From a virus, in the IMG/VR virus record IMGVR_UViG_3300042905_004067: 64,000 nt of DNA, one strand, 5' to 3'. Positions 1 through 9,948 of the stretch are shown piece by piece. How positions within the stretch are numbered: position 1 is the first letter of the stretch; the number at the start of each line of letters is the position of its first letter. A model generated the notes under the pieces. The model was not told where the DNA came from. It did not search any database and worked only from the letters and a program-made list of their open reading frames with translations. The translations under genes and the position numbers were made by a program.

Positions 1-623
1 TTTCTTTTTCTTTTGTTCTTATTAGGACCTAAACCAAAGTAATCAATCATATCCATAATTTCTCTTGGATCGATCATTCCTTCATTAATCATATGTGCCA
101 ATACTTGAGGTGGAAATACCATACTCATATGAACTATTTGTTCTTGAGATGGTTTATTTTTTGATCTTCGTTTTTTTGGTTTTTCTTGTTCTTCTTCTAA
201 TTCTTTGAAGATGGAATCAAACATGTCTGAAATCATTTCTTCATAATCTGCAACAGATTTTTCATGTTTGTTATTCATTTTGGGTGGAGTAGGAGATTCA
301 TTAGTAAATTCTTGTAATGATTTACTCTCGTAACCAATTTCTTGTCTTGCTTTTTCAATTAAATAATATTGAACTACGTCTTGTGTTGGTTCTAGTGTAG
401 TAGCAACAAAGTCCACTGGTATTGTTGTCTTGTGTTCATTTCCAAAGGCTAACCAGTTCTTTAAAATTATGCCTTCTTTTGGCATACCATACTGATCCGG
501 TAACATGACAGACTTAAAAACCATAGGACGGTTTAATGTCATTTTTCCATTTTCATTTTCAGCCACCTCAGCAATCAGTTCTTCTCCACTTCTGAGTTTG
601 ATTACTTTATAGATTTCTGACAT
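1..623 (-). CDS. Conserved T4-like hypothetical protein with N-terminal Sm-like domain (partial, runs off window start)
   Basis: ATG at 623 abuts the uvsW stop. Open frame to the edge, MSEIYKVIKLRSGEELIAEV..., with the 'KLxSGEEIIA' start typical of genes following uvsW. Not in the ORF track. Confidence 0.7.
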   Translation of the reverse strand, partial: MSEIYKVIKLRSGEELIAEVAENENGKMTLNRPMVFKSVMLPDQYGMPKEGIILKNWLAFGNEHKTTIPVDFVATTLEPTQDVVQYYLIEKARQEIGYESKSLQEFTNESPTPPKMNNKHEKSVADYEEMISDMFDSIFKELEEEQEKPKKRRSKNKPSQEQIVHMSMVFPPQVLAHMINEGMIDPREIMDMIDYFGLGPNKNKRKR

Positions 624-2120
624 TTAATTCTCCTTTAGTTTCAGAGACACCAACTTATAGTTAAACTTCTCTTTAGTATATATTCGTATTCGTTCATCCA
701 TATGATTGAGAGAGTGATTCCTATATTTTTTGTATTTTAAGTCATCTCCAATATCGTAAACTGCAACAGAATTTTTAGTTTCGCTTTTACGAAGTCCTCT
801 ACCGATAGATTGTAAAACACGAATTACAGATTTAGAAGGAGAGGCAAAAACAATATTGTGTATATTTCTAATATTAATTCCAGTAGAACAAGTTCCATAT
901 GAGGCAAGAAGTATTGAATTATCTTGTTTATCTACTACTTTTCTTATATGTTCTCTTTGTTCTACATCAGTTCCACCGTGTATAAAAAATATATCTTTAT
1001 CAGTTATATGATGTTTAAAATTCTCATACAAAGGTTTACCGTGTAATTCTACAAAATTAAACAACACAAGAGTATTTCCTTTTAAATTAGAACATAAATT
1101 TCTAATAAATGCATTTCTTTTGTTATTTGTGATAATCCATTTAATTTCTTCTTTATAAAGCATTCTTTTAGTTTCTTCTATCTCTTTATCAGAATACTGA
1201 AGAAGAATGCATTGTATTGAAAGATTTGATAACAGATTTTTTTCTATTAAATCGGATGTAGTTGTGACATGAAGAACTCTTCCAAATAATCCTTCTACTA
1301 CTAATTTATGAGTATGTGTTCCATCTAATGTTCCTGTAGTGCCTATGCGAATAGGACATTCGGTTAATTTTGACATCAAAGTAGATAAAGATTTTGCTTT
1401 AAATAAATGACATTCATCACCTACTACCATATCAAACTGTTCAAAGAATTCTTTTGGCATTTTATAAATGCTTTGCCACGTTGATATGACTACTCTTTTA
1501 TGAGTATCTTTTTCTTTACCTGAAGATATAACGTGACACCATCTCTCAGCAGACCATTTATTTTCTTTTGAATAGTCTTTAAAATCGCTGTACATCTGAG
1601 AAACAAGACCAACAGTGGGAACAACTACCAATACTTTTTTATCTGGTTTAATTCGGTCTAAAAACAATCGAATAAGACAATATATTATTAAAGATTTTCC
1701 ACTCCCGGTCGGGCACAACAACAAACATCTTTCTTTGTTTAGTGCGTGTGTTATTGCTTTTATTTGGTAGTCATGTGCTGTTATTCTTTTTCCCGATGCT
1801 GTTGGTTTTATAAATTCTTCAACAAATTTTGCAATTTGTTCTTCTGTGTATGTTTTGTCAATATGATCTAATGTTTGAATTGAATAATTTCTATCATTTG
1901 CAAATTTAATTAGATAGTCTTGAAGACCAGCATAAATTGTGTGGGTAAACAAATTAAAAAGGCGTATTTGTCCATCCCATACTTTATTTTTATAAGCAGG
2001 AGTAAATTGATAATTTGGTACGGCAAACGTAAAGTACTGATTTAATTCCTTTGCAATACTTCGTTCACAGTTTACTTTTATAAAAACAGAATTTACAGGT
2101 TCAATCACTAAATCGGGCAT
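624..2120 (-). CDS. uvsW: UvsW SF2 DNA helicase
   Basis: PTGSGKS Walker A, DECH box, QSIGRGLR motif VI, N-terminal WDGQIRLF. Confidence 0.95.
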   Translation of the reverse strand: MPDLVIEPVNSVFIKVNCERSIAKELNQYFTFAVPNYQFTPAYKNKVWDGQIRLFNLFTHTIYAGLQDYLIKFANDRNYSIQTLDHIDKTYTEEQIAKFVEEFIKPTASGKRITAHDYQIKAITHALNKERCLLLCPTGSGKSLIIYCLIRLFLDRIKPDKKVLVVVPTVGLVSQMYSDFKDYSKENKWSAERWCHVISSGKEKDTHKRVVISTWQSIYKMPKEFFEQFDMVVGDECHLFKAKSLSTLMSKLTECPIRIGTTGTLDGTHTHKLVVEGLFGRVLHVTTTSDLIEKNLLSNLSIQCILLQYSDKEIEETKRMLYKEEIKWIITNNKRNAFIRNLCSNLKGNTLVLFNFVELHGKPLYENFKHHITDKDIFFIHGGTDVEQREHIRKVVDKQDNSILLASYGTCSTGINIRNIHNIVFASPSKSVIRVLQSIGRGLRKSETKNSVAVYDIGDDLKYKKYRNHSLNHMDERIRIYTKEKFNYKLVSLKLKEN

Positions 2121-2125
2121 AACAG

Positions 2126-2132
2126 TATTTAT
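2126..2132 (-). promoter_or_regulatory. T4-type late promoter ATAAATA, 5 nt before uvsW ATG
   Basis: Minus strand ATAAATA-CTGTT-ATG. Confidence 0.6.
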
Positions 2133-2566
2133 TACTGCCCGTTAGCAAACTTTGTCCAATCAATTATTGATCGAATATTCCATTGTCGGTTGTTGATTAT
2201 CTTTATAATATTTTCAAGATAATTTACTTTTTCTCTCTGGTATTCTACTTTTAATTTTTGACGAATAACTTGATCATCGGCTTCGATTAGACGATCCATG
2301 TCAGTTCGAATGATGTGAAGATCAAACTGCTCCCATCCGTTTTCCTTGAGTTCTTCTTCAGTCATTTTGCCACTAAAGTATAACCATTTCTTTTTACGAA
2401 GAACTTCAAGTTCACTTTCTATGCGAGCCAAGGATAGTTTTTCTTCCATGAAAAAAAGAAGATACTTATTGTGTATTTGTGGTGTACGAACAGATTCTTT
2501 GTCGAGTTGTGTCTCATCCAAAGAAATATCTTTTTTGACCATTTCTTTTAGTTCATCAAATGTCAT
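2132..2566 (-). CDS. uvsY: UvsY recombination mediator
   Basis: LDxES.RTP.IHNKY and INNRQWNIRSIIDW motifs; adjacent to uvsW. Confidence 0.9.
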   Translation of the reverse strand: MTFDELKEMVKKDISLDETQLDKESVRTPQIHNKYLLFFMEEKLSLARIESELEVLRKKKWLYFSGKMTEEELKENGWEQFDLHIIRTDMDRLIEADDQVIRQKLKVEYQREKVNYLENIIKIINNRQWNIRSIIDWTKFANGQ

Positions 2567-2573
2567 GACAAAA

Positions 2574-2601
2574 ATTATACATCAATTTAAGATGAAGTCA
2601 A
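2574..2601 (-). promoter_or_regulatory. sigma70-like early promoter of uvsY
   Basis: TTGACT-N16-TATAAT, 7 nt before ATG. Confidence 0.7.
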
Positions 2602-3120
2602 GGCTTCAAACTCAAAGTAGGTGTATCTAAAAGATGCCACGCACGATAATGGAACATTATCTGTATCTTGAACACTTAATGCTATTTCTGATAGGTCTAC
2701 TGGATATGCTTTTCTAAATGTGATTAAAAACTTTTCTTTGTAAGAACTGTTCATCAAATATAGGCTAATGTCAGAAAATCTATCTTTAAAGTTTATAGTA
2801 TTTTCTGTTGAAGTTAAATTGGCTATTGAAGTAATCCAATCATAAACTTCTTTCCATCCTCTTAAATTTTCATCTACTAAAAATTTAACAGAAAGTGGTT
2901 TAAAATCATATTTATTGCCTGGTATGCTTATCGCTGTACTGAGAGTGGTTGGCTGAATTAACTCTTGTAAAGAAATAGAAGGTATTGCTACTTGTTGTGC
3001 AAAATAAGATAGCGTTGGAGCCCGAGATATCATTAACCTAAAGTAATTTGAACTAAGGTAATTATTATTGTCGGGTCTAGAAATATCCGAAACAAAATCT
3101 ATATCAGTTTTCTTTGCCAT
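2587..3120 (-). CDS. gp3-like tail completion / tube terminator protein
   Basis: NYLS..F, F.VDEN...W.EV..W, F.Y..F motifs; position after gp23. Confidence 0.85.
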   Translation of the reverse strand: MAKKTDIDFVSDISRPDNNNYLSSNYFRLMISRAPTLSYFAQQVAIPSISLQELIQPTTLSTAISIPGNKYDFKPLSVKFLVDENLRGWKEVYDWITSIANLTSTENTINFKDRFSDISLYLMNSSYKEKFLITFRKAYPVDLSEIALSVQDTDNVPLSCVASFRYTYFEFEALTSS

Positions 3121-3125
3121 AATAT

Positions 3126-3132
3126 TATTTAT
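3126..3132 (-). promoter_or_regulatory. Late promoter ATAAATA, 5 nt before gp3 ATG
   Basis: ATAAATA-ATATT-ATG directly after the gp23 terminator. Confidence 0.65.
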
Positions 3133-3134
3133 TC

Positions 3135-3167
3135 AAAAAGAAAGGGGAGAGTCTTTCGACTCTCCCC
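3135..3167 (-). terminator. Rho-independent terminator after major capsid gene
   Basis: GGGGAGAGTC-GAAA-GACTCTCCCC followed by TTTCTTTTT. Confidence 0.9.
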
Positions 3168-3193
3168 CATCCTCTCCCCAATTAGTTATTTAA

Positions 3194-4642
3194 TTAGAGT
3201 CCGAATCCAGTGTTACCGTGTAGGTTAGTGACTTGGAAAATTCGGTAGTATTGGTTTCCACCAAGAGCATTGATATCAGTGTTCTCGGAGAATGGATTTG
3301 CAACCATTCCGTAACGAGTCTTGAATCCAATCTTTGGTTGGAAAGTGTTTTGATCAACCGCTCTGACCATTTGTAGTGGAACGTATGGGCAGTAGAAGAT
3401 ACCGGCATCATATGGTGATGTACCACGATATCCAACTACACAGAAGTTAACACCCAACTTGGCATATGGATCGATATAAACCTTCATCTTGTTGTTTAGA
3501 ACACCAACAAAGGTATTGCCAGTGTCATCAACGTCGAGGTTAGCAGTCATTGCTGGTGCGAGGTTGAGGAAGCCACCCATTGTGAGTGCGCTTGCAACGT
3601 CGCTTGAGCAAACAAGGAAGTTACCCTTACCACGACGAGTCTCCTTAGCGATTACGTTTGCTTCACGCTCGATTTGGAACATGAGGCCACGGAATCTTTC
3701 AGCAGACCAACGACCGTCTGAGTCGGTGTTGAGATCGTAGATACCACCAGTTGAGAAATTGGTGAGATCGCTTTGAGTTGCACCGGTCTTAGCAACACGA
3801 TAAATTGTAGTGATCAACTCACGGTTGATTTCGTGCAAAATTTCGGTGCTGAGAATATTTGCGAGTTCGCTCTCGGCGTCAAGACCATGAACAGCCTTGA
3901 GGTCTTGTGCGAGTTCTGTGGTGTACTCAGCCTTTAGAGCGCGAGTCTTTGCTTCTACAGCAATACGCTCAATGCTGAATGCCATCTCACGGAACTGGGT
4001 TCCACCAGACTCACCGAGTTGTTCGGCTGTTGAGGTGAGGAAACCACGGAAAGCATTCATGTCGAATCCGCTATCGCGAATACCCCATTGATTGCTTGTG
4101 CTTGCATCACCAGAACCGGCGCTAGCACCGATTGGGTTGATACCACCGGTTGCAGAGAATGCTGCGCCGTTTGATGTGTTTCCGCTACCACCGAACTTAG
4201 CGTATGCTTCGTTCCATAGTGCTTCACCATACCGTTTGTCATTGTTATTGACGACACCACCGCGTGATGGTTCTTGTCGGTCATAACGACTACGCATTGC
4301 GAAGATGAGACCGGTTGGTGCAGTCATTGGCTGAACACCAGCGATATCATAAGCAATGAGGTTTGGCATTGAACGACGAACGAGGCTGATTAGGATTGGG
4401 TCATAACCAGCGAGGTTGCCAGCGGTTCCTGCTGCTTGGGTAACGCTAAAACCACCACCCATGCTGTTGGCTGGTGTTTCAACGAGATATTGCTCTCTGA
4501 GAGCCTTTTCTTGGTTCTCTAAGAGGACAGCGGTTACCTTCTTGCGGTAGCTGTCTCCGATTGATGGAAGTGCCTCGTGAGAGAGAAGGGGTTCCCACTT
4601 CTCAGTTAGCACATCGTAAGATGAGTTGCTTGAAAAATCCAT
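3194..4642 (-). CDS. gp23: Major capsid protein gp23
   Basis: LISLVRRSMPNLIAYDIAGVQPM, ELAQDLKAVHGLDAE, FYCPYVPLQM, FQPKIGFKTRYG. Confidence 0.98.
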   Translation of the reverse strand: MDFSSNSSYDVLTEKWEPLLSHEALPSIGDSYRKKVTAVLLENQEKALREQYLVETPANSMGGGFSVTQAAGTAGNLAGYDPILISLVRRSMPNLIAYDIAGVQPMTAPTGLIFAMRSRYDRQEPSRGGVVNNNDKRYGEALWNEAYAKFGGSGNTSNGAAFSATGGINPIGASAGSGDASTSNQWGIRDSGFDMNAFRGFLTSTAEQLGESGGTQFREMAFSIERIAVEAKTRALKAEYTTELAQDLKAVHGLDAESELANILSTEILHEINRELITTIYRVAKTGATQSDLTNFSTGGIYDLNTDSDGRWSAERFRGLMFQIEREANVIAKETRRGKGNFLVCSSDVASALTMGGFLNLAPAMTANLDVDDTGNTFVGVLNNKMKVYIDPYAKLGVNFCVVGYRGTSPYDAGIFYCPYVPLQMVRAVDQNTFQPKIGFKTRYGMVANPFSENTDINALGGNQYYRIFQVTNLHGNTGFGL

Positions 4643-4671
4643 TTCTTATTCTCCTTAAATGTGTTTAGAAA

Positions 4672-5619
4672 TTAGAGTTTGTTTGATTTGGCAAGACGAT
4701 CAAGTGTGCTCAAGTATGCATTCATGCTTGAACCAACTTCTGGTGTGATCTTCTTGTCGGTTGTTTCTTCTACCAGATTGTTTACGGTTGGTGCAGAGTT
4801 AAAGTAACTCTCTTTGAGTACATTTAATTTCTCTGCATATTGTTCTAGACTTTCGAATTCGACTCCTTCAGCCAAAGATGCAAATTTCTCAACTTCAACA
4901 TCGCTTAAACCATTAGCAACGTTTGAGAAAACTTGTGATGCTTGGTAAGCAAGAAGTTCTTTTTCGAGTTCCATGTTCTTTTGTAGTTGTTCGTTGAGTG
5001 AAGATTCGAGTTCTTCGTTCTCTGAAAAGAGTCCGTCAATGACATCGTACTTTTCTTCTGGAACTTCGATGTAGTGTGACTCAAAGAGTTCCTTGAGCCC
5101 GGACATAAAGTTTTCTGCAATTTCGGTACGAATACCATTTTCGACTGCAAGTTTATTCTCTTCCATCCACTCCTCAACAACGTAACCAAGATAATCATCG
5201 AGTCTTTCAGCAAGTGTATTAACTGCTTCTTCGACTTCCTCTTGAATTACTGTTGCGGCTTCAGAAAGAACTTGCTCACGAAGGGAATTTACTCTCTCGT
5301 TTACTGCGGCTTCGAAAATGGTCTTAGCCTTGTTCATGAATTCTTCAGAAAGAGTTTCACCGTTGAACAAAGCGTCTAGGTGTTCGTGCATTTCTTTTGC
5401 ACCATATTCACCCATCTCTTCGTTCTCTTCGTCTTCTTCCCCCTCCTCAGCAACTGCTTTAGTATTGGCTTTTGCTCCACCTGTTGGGCGAAGAGTAGCC
5501 ATATTTGCTGCTGCATTTGGATTGAAGTTTGCAAAGGGGTCCCATTGTACTGTTTTACCGTCTGCGGTTTGGGGGGCTGCACCGTTGGCGGCGTGTGTTG
5601 GTGTAGATTGTTTTTCCAT
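4672..5619 (-). CDS. gp22: Prohead core scaffolding protein gp22
   Basis: KAKTIFEAAV, LDDYLGYVVEEWMEEN..AVENGIRTE; acidic coiled coil. Confidence 0.93.
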   Translation of the reverse strand: MEKQSTPTHAANGAAPQTADGKTVQWDPFANFNPNAAANMATLRPTGGAKANTKAVAEEGEEDEENEEMGEYGAKEMHEHLDALFNGETLSEEFMNKAKTIFEAAVNERVNSLREQVLSEAATVIQEEVEEAVNTLAERLDDYLGYVVEEWMEENKLAVENGIRTEIAENFMSGLKELFESHYIEVPEEKYDVIDGLFSENEELESSLNEQLQKNMELEKELLAYQASQVFSNVANGLSDVEVEKFASLAEGVEFESLEQYAEKLNVLKESYFNSAPTVNNLVEETTDKKITPEVGSSMNAYLSTLDRLAKSNKL

Positions 5620-5680
5620 AAATTTCTTGTCCTCTATAAGAACTATTGTTATTTAGTAAATTTTGTTTTTTAAGCCTTAA

Positions 5681-6697
5681 TTAGTGGTCACGCTTCTTTT
5701 TGCTTTCCATCAGCGGATTGGGTGCTAGTGTTGCCATTCTTGCATTTGGATTAGGCATATTGCTAAGTGTGGTTTGTTGTCTTCGTTGTCGTAGAGCGTC
5801 GTAAGCAGATTTAGTTTTGGCAAACTGAGGTGTGTTTATTCTATTTCCAAGTAACTCTGCTCTTTTTTGTAATTCTGCATCAAAATTTGTGTTTGATGAT
5901 ATTGGTTTTGTTTTTTCAGCATCTGTTGCTGGTCCTAGTTCTGGTCTTCTAATAACAGAACCAGGTCTTGTAATTTGTACTGGTAGAGTTGCATTAGTTT
6001 GTGCAATTTCTGTTTCTAGTCTTGCTCTATCTCTCTCTGCTTCTTGTTCTGGTGTTAACTTGGTGCTAACATTTGGTGGAGATACTGCACCTCTTAGTTT
6101 TTGTAATAAACTTCCGGTTCTTGCTACTGCTCCACCAATTCCTCGTTGAACAGAATCAGAACTACCAAGTGCATCAACGGCACCAAGAATTCTATTACCA
6201 CTTGTATCTCTACGTCCCAATCGTGCATTTCTCTTTTCAAATGCAGTTGCTAATGCTCCAACTGCTCCTGCGACTACATTAGATCCAATTGCTCCGTAAA
6301 TCCCACCGAGTCTTTGCTTTGCTGCTTGTCTTGTTACTACTTGACTACCCATTTGCATCGTATTAGGAGGAACAGCCGGTGTAAATTCTGGTCTAAATGT
6401 TGATGGTGTTCTATTCTGTCTTCCAAGAGAAGGCATTGCTGATGGTTTAGGTAATTGATTAGGATCTAATACTCCAGCGCCTACTTTTCTGCTCAAATCA
6501 CCAGGTCTTAATAAACTTCTTTTAGTATAAGATGTTGGTGGTCTTTCTTGTACTGGTTGTCTTGTTTCTGGATTGATTAATGGTTGTCCTGTTCGCGGAT
6601 CAATACCACCAGCAACAGCCCGACTAGCAGTGGCTGCTGCAAGTGTTCTAGTTGCAGCATTTTGCTGTTCTTTAAGATATTGCTTAAAACTTAGCAT
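5681..6697 (-). CDS. Hypothetical basic low-complexity protein, probable internal head protein
   Basis: N-terminus MLSFKQYLKE resembles the T4 capsid-targeting sequence; lies between gp21 and gp22. Confidence 0.55.
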   Translation of the reverse strand: MLSFKQYLKEQQNAATRTLAAATASRAVAGGIDPRTGQPLINPETRQPVQERPPTSYTKRSLLRPGDLSRKVGAGVLDPNQLPKPSAMPSLGRQNRTPSTFRPEFTPAVPPNTMQMGSQVVTRQAAKQRLGGIYGAIGSNVVAGAVGALATAFEKRNARLGRRDTSGNRILGAVDALGSSDSVQRGIGGAVARTGSLLQKLRGAVSPPNVSTKLTPEQEAERDRARLETEIAQTNATLPVQITRPGSVIRRPELGPATDAEKTKPISSNTNFDAELQKRAELLGNRINTPQFAKTKSAYDALRQRRQQTTLSNMPNPNARMATLAPNPLMESKKKRDH

Positions 6698-7341
6698 TAA
6701 AGTTTCTTAAAAAAGTCTTCAAATAATCTTAATGCTTTTTTTTCTATATTTTTGGTTGAAGTCTTTTTCATGGTTCGTTTTGCTTCCATCAAATCTCTCT
6801 CCAACCAAGAACCATTATTCCATACCCATTCTTTTCCTTCCATGATGCCATTTACAAATGCACCCGGAGCAGATGGATCAGCAACAATATCAACGGCAGA
6901 AAGCATCAAATCTGGTTGAACAATCTTTTTTCCATTTTGCTCAACGAGTGATCCCATTGCTCTTGAACTAACACCAAGTTTTGCACCTTCTCGAATTAGT
7001 TCTCCTGCTATCTTTCCCATTGGAGTACTTTCAAGAATTTTGGCTTTTCCATAAACCTTATTCTTTTTGAATTCCAACATAACGATTCTGTGACTAACTC
7101 TATCAAGGTTTACAGTTGGACCTGTTGGATGTCCTAGTTCACCAAAGGCACGATTGCAATTCACAAATTCGGTAATATAACGACCAACCTCTTTGTTTAG
7201 AGTATCATAAGGATATACTCTACCGTTTCGGTTACATTCATCAGAAACCATGAAGACACCCTCTATAAAGAGAGACTTTTTATCTTCTGGACCTTCTGTA
7301 ATGTATTGAATGTCCTCTATAGTTTCTGTGATGAGTTTCAT
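6697..7341 (-). CDS. gp21: Prohead protease gp21
   Basis: MKLITE start at 7341 (TAATG overlap), NRNGRVY, GELGHP, GVSSRAMGS, DIVADPSAPGAFV. Confidence 0.95.
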   Translation of the reverse strand: MKLITETIEDIQYITEGPEDKKSLFIEGVFMVSDECNRNGRVYPYDTLNKEVGRYITEFVNCNRAFGELGHPTGPTVNLDRVSHRIVMLEFKKNKVYGKAKILESTPMGKIAGELIREGAKLGVSSRAMGSLVEQNGKKIVQPDLMLSAVDIVADPSAPGAFVNGIMEGKEWVWNNGSWLERDLMEAKRTMKKTSTKNIEKKALRLFEDFFKKL

Positions 7342-7910
7342 TATTCGTCTTTCTTTGCTTTCTTCCATGCAGTTGCATATTGAACAGACTTACCGCGTTT
7401 GCCATATTGTGCTTTAAAGGATTCTCTTGCCTTTTTAGAATGAGTCATGTGTTTCATACCGGAAGGAGAAACTTCATCTAGTTGTTCAGTTTCTTCTGAA
7501 ATTCCAGTGGACTTTTTGAATGCTTTTTGATTCATTTCCGCTGCTTTATTATCTTGATTGCAATTATCGCAACCTTCATCTTCATAAACTAAACCATCTT
7601 CTCCCATTTTTTCTTCCTCGTCTTCTTCCTCTTCCTCCTCCTCTTCCTCCTCTTCCTCTTCCTCTTTTTTCTCAAGAAGATCATTTAGTTCTGAACGAAG
7701 TTCATTGGCTTCATCAAGTTCAGTTTCTAGTTCTAATTCACCTTCAACCTCTTCCTCTGTAGTTTCATCCAAGAAAGTCTGTGGTGCATATTCTTCAAAC
7801 TTGGCTTGAAGTCTCTCGTTGAGTTTTTGCATCAAAAGATCGTGTACGATTCTTTTTGTTTCTACTACGTTCTCTTGAATTACGTTTTTAATTAGATCGT
7901 TGGTGTCCAT
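7341..7910 (-). CDS. Acidic prohead core protein (gp67/gp68-like)
   Basis: Poly-Glu tract; position between portal and protease. Confidence 0.55.
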   Translation of the reverse strand: MDTNDLIKNVIQENVVETKRIVHDLLMQKLNERLQAKFEEYAPQTFLDETTEEEVEGELELETELDEANELRSELNDLLEKKEEEEEEEEEEEEEEDEEEKMGEDGLVYEDEGCDNCNQDNKAAEMNQKAFKKSTGISEETEQLDEVSPSGMKHMTHSKKARESFKAQYGKRGKSVQYATAWKKAKKDE

Positions 7911-7912
7911 TT

Positions 7913-8350
7913 TTATCTCCGGTATAATTTTTCCGCAGTTTTTACTGCTTTCTTGAATCCATGTTCTGATTCAAGCATGAGGTTTACTAACTTATCCTTA
8001 TGTGAAGTATTTAGAGTTTTATATAATTCTGCCAAATATTTAGCCATATTTGGAGTTATTTCAAGTAGAGAACCATCTTTTGCGGTTGCCCAAGTAGTTC
8101 TGTTTGTATTAATTGCAACATTTACTTCATTAATAGGCATATACTCAACAGAAACCTTTTCCTCAAAAATTTTTATTTCTTTTTTTGGTTTAGGTTTTGT
8201 TTGTATGTTTTTTAATATTTTGTTTGCTTCTTTTAGATAAAGATGCGCTAAAGAATCACAGATTTTTTCCTTAATAAGAGAATATACTTCCTTTTTAAAA
8301 AGGTCTTTATTTTCTTCTTTTAAGGCTGAAAACTCTGGACGGTTATTCAT
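7913..8350 (-). CDS. Hypothetical prohead core-associated protein
   Basis: ORF coupled to the portal gene; position only. Confidence 0.5.
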   Translation of the reverse strand: MNNRPEFSALKEENKDLFKKEVYSLIKEKICDSLAHLYLKEANKILKNIQTKPKPKKEIKIFEEKVSVEYMPINEVNVAINTNRTTWATAKDGSLLEITPNMAKYLAELYKTLNTSHKDKLVNLMLESEHGFKKAVKTAEKLYRR

Positions 8351-9927
8351 TGTGGAGCCTGTTCGCCTTCTTGCTGCTCTGGTTGTATTCCTAATGCAAG
8401 CATTTGTTGTTGTTGTTCTACCGATTTAATCAATGCTTCTTGTTGTTCTTTTGCAATCTGTGCATTAATTTCTATAATTTCTTCATCGGTCTGTTTGAGT
8501 ATGTTCTTTCGAATATACTCCTCAGAGTAATAACGTCCAACCACTCCTGCCAAATTATTTAGCATATCTAATCTGTCACGAAGAATATCATTTTCTTTTA
8601 ATTCATTGAAATATGAATCTTTGTTGAATTTAAATGCAACATCTTGTTGAATTTTGTTCCACTCATCCTCTGTCATTATTCCCTTGAGAATAACTTGAGT
8701 CTTAATTAGATCTAACAAAAGAGAGGTGAACCTGAGCCTTAGTCTTTCTACAAATTTATAGAATTTAACTTCATCTCTTGTAATTTCAGCAGAACGACCC
8801 ATGTTGAATCCAGTTTCTGCTTCAAGTCGAGAAATAGGAACATTCAGTGCTCTATACAACTTCTTTTGTAAATAAAGAACGTCTTCCATTTCTCCTAAAT
8901 TTTGCCCACCATCTAATGTCTGTATTTCTGTTCCTCTTCCACCTTCTCTTCGTGGCATCCAGAAATCTTCCAACATATGCATGTGGTTTCTATCGTCACG
9001 AATCTGACCAGTGGCTGAATCATATGTAATTTTATTACGGTAACGATTCATGATCTCTCGTAGATATTGTTCTGCCTTTTGTTTTGGAAGATTTCCTACG
9101 TCGATGTAGAATATTCTTCTCTCTGGTGCGCGAGAAATTCGGTATATTACAACAGCATCTTCAATTTGACGCAACATGTTAAGTGGTCGTATTGCTTTTT
9201 GAAGATAACCAATTACTCTTTTTGTTACTGCATCCACTACACCAGAATGCGAATAAGCAACTGTGTCTATGGTAAATCTATATCCAGATGGAGTCGTTGG
9301 ATATAGTGCTTCCTTATCAGTGTCCGTATAGACGTAATACTCATCCACTTTCTTTACAAAAGGAATAATCTGACCACCAGATACTTTTGCTCTTTCTTTT
9401 TCTACTTTTCTTACCTTTTTGATTTTTACCGGATCAATTGGTATCAAAGAAACTAATCCTTTTTGTGGATTTGTTTTATCTATTTCTTTGTAGTAAAAAA
9501 CTTTGCTGTCAATATACCATCTTCTAAAAATTTCATGTCCTTTATTACTAAAGTCTAATAGTTTTAGGATGTGGTTATATTCAAAGTATATTTTGGTTTT
9601 TATTGAGTCTGGAAGATTTACATAATCTAAATTTAGTTTAATGGGTTTTCTGTCTTCTCCCATTACTATACTTTCATTGACAATATCTTCAATTGCGCTG
9701 TCAACTTCTGGGTGAAGAGCCATTCCTCTATATTGCCCAATGAGTTGGTTCTCGTCCCTAATAGAACCGGAGAAGTCAATGGATGTACCAAAGACTCCTC
9801 CAGTTTCAAATGTATAGGTTCCGTCGTAGGGTTCAGGTGTTACCGGAATCTGATTTGTTTCTAGACTCTTTTCTTCCTGATCTTTTCTTTTTCCAAAACT
9901 AAAACCAAATATGTCAGTTATTGCCAT
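8347..9927 (-). CDS. gp20: Portal vertex protein gp20
   Basis: YRISRAPERRIFYIDVGNLPK, EDFWMPRREGGRGTEI, EITRDEVKF. Confidence 0.98.
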   Translation of the reverse strand: MAITDIFGFSFGKRKDQEEKSLETNQIPVTPEPYDGTYTFETGGVFGTSIDFSGSIRDENQLIGQYRGMALHPEVDSAIEDIVNESIVMGEDRKPIKLNLDYVNLPDSIKTKIYFEYNHILKLLDFSNKGHEIFRRWYIDSKVFYYKEIDKTNPQKGLVSLIPIDPVKIKKVRKVEKERAKVSGGQIIPFVKKVDEYYVYTDTDKEALYPTTPSGYRFTIDTVAYSHSGVVDAVTKRVIGYLQKAIRPLNMLRQIEDAVVIYRISRAPERRIFYIDVGNLPKQKAEQYLREIMNRYRNKITYDSATGQIRDDRNHMHMLEDFWMPRREGGRGTEIQTLDGGQNLGEMEDVLYLQKKLYRALNVPISRLEAETGFNMGRSAEITRDEVKFYKFVERLRLRFTSLLLDLIKTQVILKGIMTEDEWNKIQQDVAFKFNKDSYFNELKENDILRDRLDMLNNLAGVVGRYYSEEYIRKNILKQTDEEIIEINAQIAKEQQEALIKSVEQQQQMLALGIQPEQQEGEQAPQ

Positions 9928-9948
9928 AATATAATATCTTTTTTAAAA

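Noticed and set aside
3120-3194. Absence of the gp24 vertex gene after gp23
   Set aside because: Normal for cyanomyovirus-type T4-like phages.
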